In this document: piece by piece, positions 63,157-63,363 of the stretch
Position numbering within the stretch: the first letter of the stretch is position 1
Layout of the letters: each line of letters opens with the position of its first letter
Assembly: GCA_021813385.1 (NCBI GenBank)
Contig: JAKAKT010000009.1
Location: 1-63,363 of the forward strand
Reading direction: 5' to 3'
DNA length: 63,363 bases
Origin: Candidatus Micrarchaeota archaeon
GTDB taxonomy: Archaea; Micrarchaeota; Micrarchaeia; Burarchaeales; JAKAKT01
Program-made: the position numbers and the translations under genes
Notes under the pieces: generated by a model
What the model saw: the letters and a program-made list of their open reading frames with translations, nothing else
Database searches by the model: none
Told to the model about the DNA's origin: nothing

Positions 63157-63363
63157 CTAGGGTGGGAGAGGGTTGGCGGATATATCAATTCCGAACTTAG
63201 CAATCGTTTTTTGAGAATTGTCGAGGTATTGCTCAAAGAACTCCGAGACCTGCTCAATCGTGTGGATGTTGCTCCTGTCAAGGCTCCTTAAGATTCTCGC
63301 CCTGGTCTGGAGCTCGTCCATCACTTCCTTGGACGTTATACCGGCTGCTTCAGCGAGCCTGTC
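63157..63363 (-). CDS. Partial ORF (C-terminal 68 aa; start lies beyond the window edge), HTH-like
   Basis: The minus-strand frame is open from the window edge to the TAG at 63157-63159. Reads DRLAEAAGITSKEVMDELQTRARILRSLD... Absent from the track because no start lies in the window. Confidence 0.4.
   Translation of the reverse strand, partial: DRLAEAAGITSKEVMDELQTRARILRSLDRSNIHTIEQVSEFFEQYLDNSQKTIAKFGIDISANPLPP

Overview
The window reads as archaeal chromosome. Markers are a class I CCA-adding enzyme, DTD2, EndA, Hjc, archaeal DnaG, an archaellin-type pilin, and TATA boxes about 25-35 nt upstream of starts with GGTGA-type ribosome-binding sites. All product calls come from motifs read by eye in the translations; no database search was possible.

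**Housekeeping genes.** These include alaX-cca, dtdA, endA, metH-metF, dnaG, topA, hjc, an RPA-like protein, an ECF transporter, nikR with a NiCoT transporter, and a HAD-PrsW-ACT-CCG operon.

**Features that stand out:**
1. A single 16.8-kb ORF (17611..34374, minus strand) encodes a 5,587-aa membrane-anchored surface protein saturated with N-glycosylation sequons. It has six beta-helix modules, about nine tandem Ig-like units and a Cys-rich stalk. An archaellin-like pilin gene and several unassignable secreted or membrane proteins flank it.
2. A tRNA-Val(UAC) gene carries two introns, one of them in the D-loop.
3. A double-hairpin element of about 57 nt occurs twice with compensatory stem changes. 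One copy is intergenic. The other lies inside a hairpin-dense ~105-nt segment that breaks the frame of a small Toprim gene just upstream of dnaG. One hairpin of the intergenic copy is near-identical to the hairpin of the tRNA-Val D-loop intron.
4. An AT-richer islet lies downstream of tRNA-Thr(GGU). It holds an MNT-HEPN pair, an ORF ending in a recombinase core-binding-like domain, two partial direct copies of the tRNA 3' end, and a decayed tRNA-Thr-like remnant.
5. A solo TnpB element.

No rRNA genes or CRISPR arrays were seen. A DPANN-like, small-genome lifestyle is only an inference from the giant surface protein and the intron-rich tRNA.
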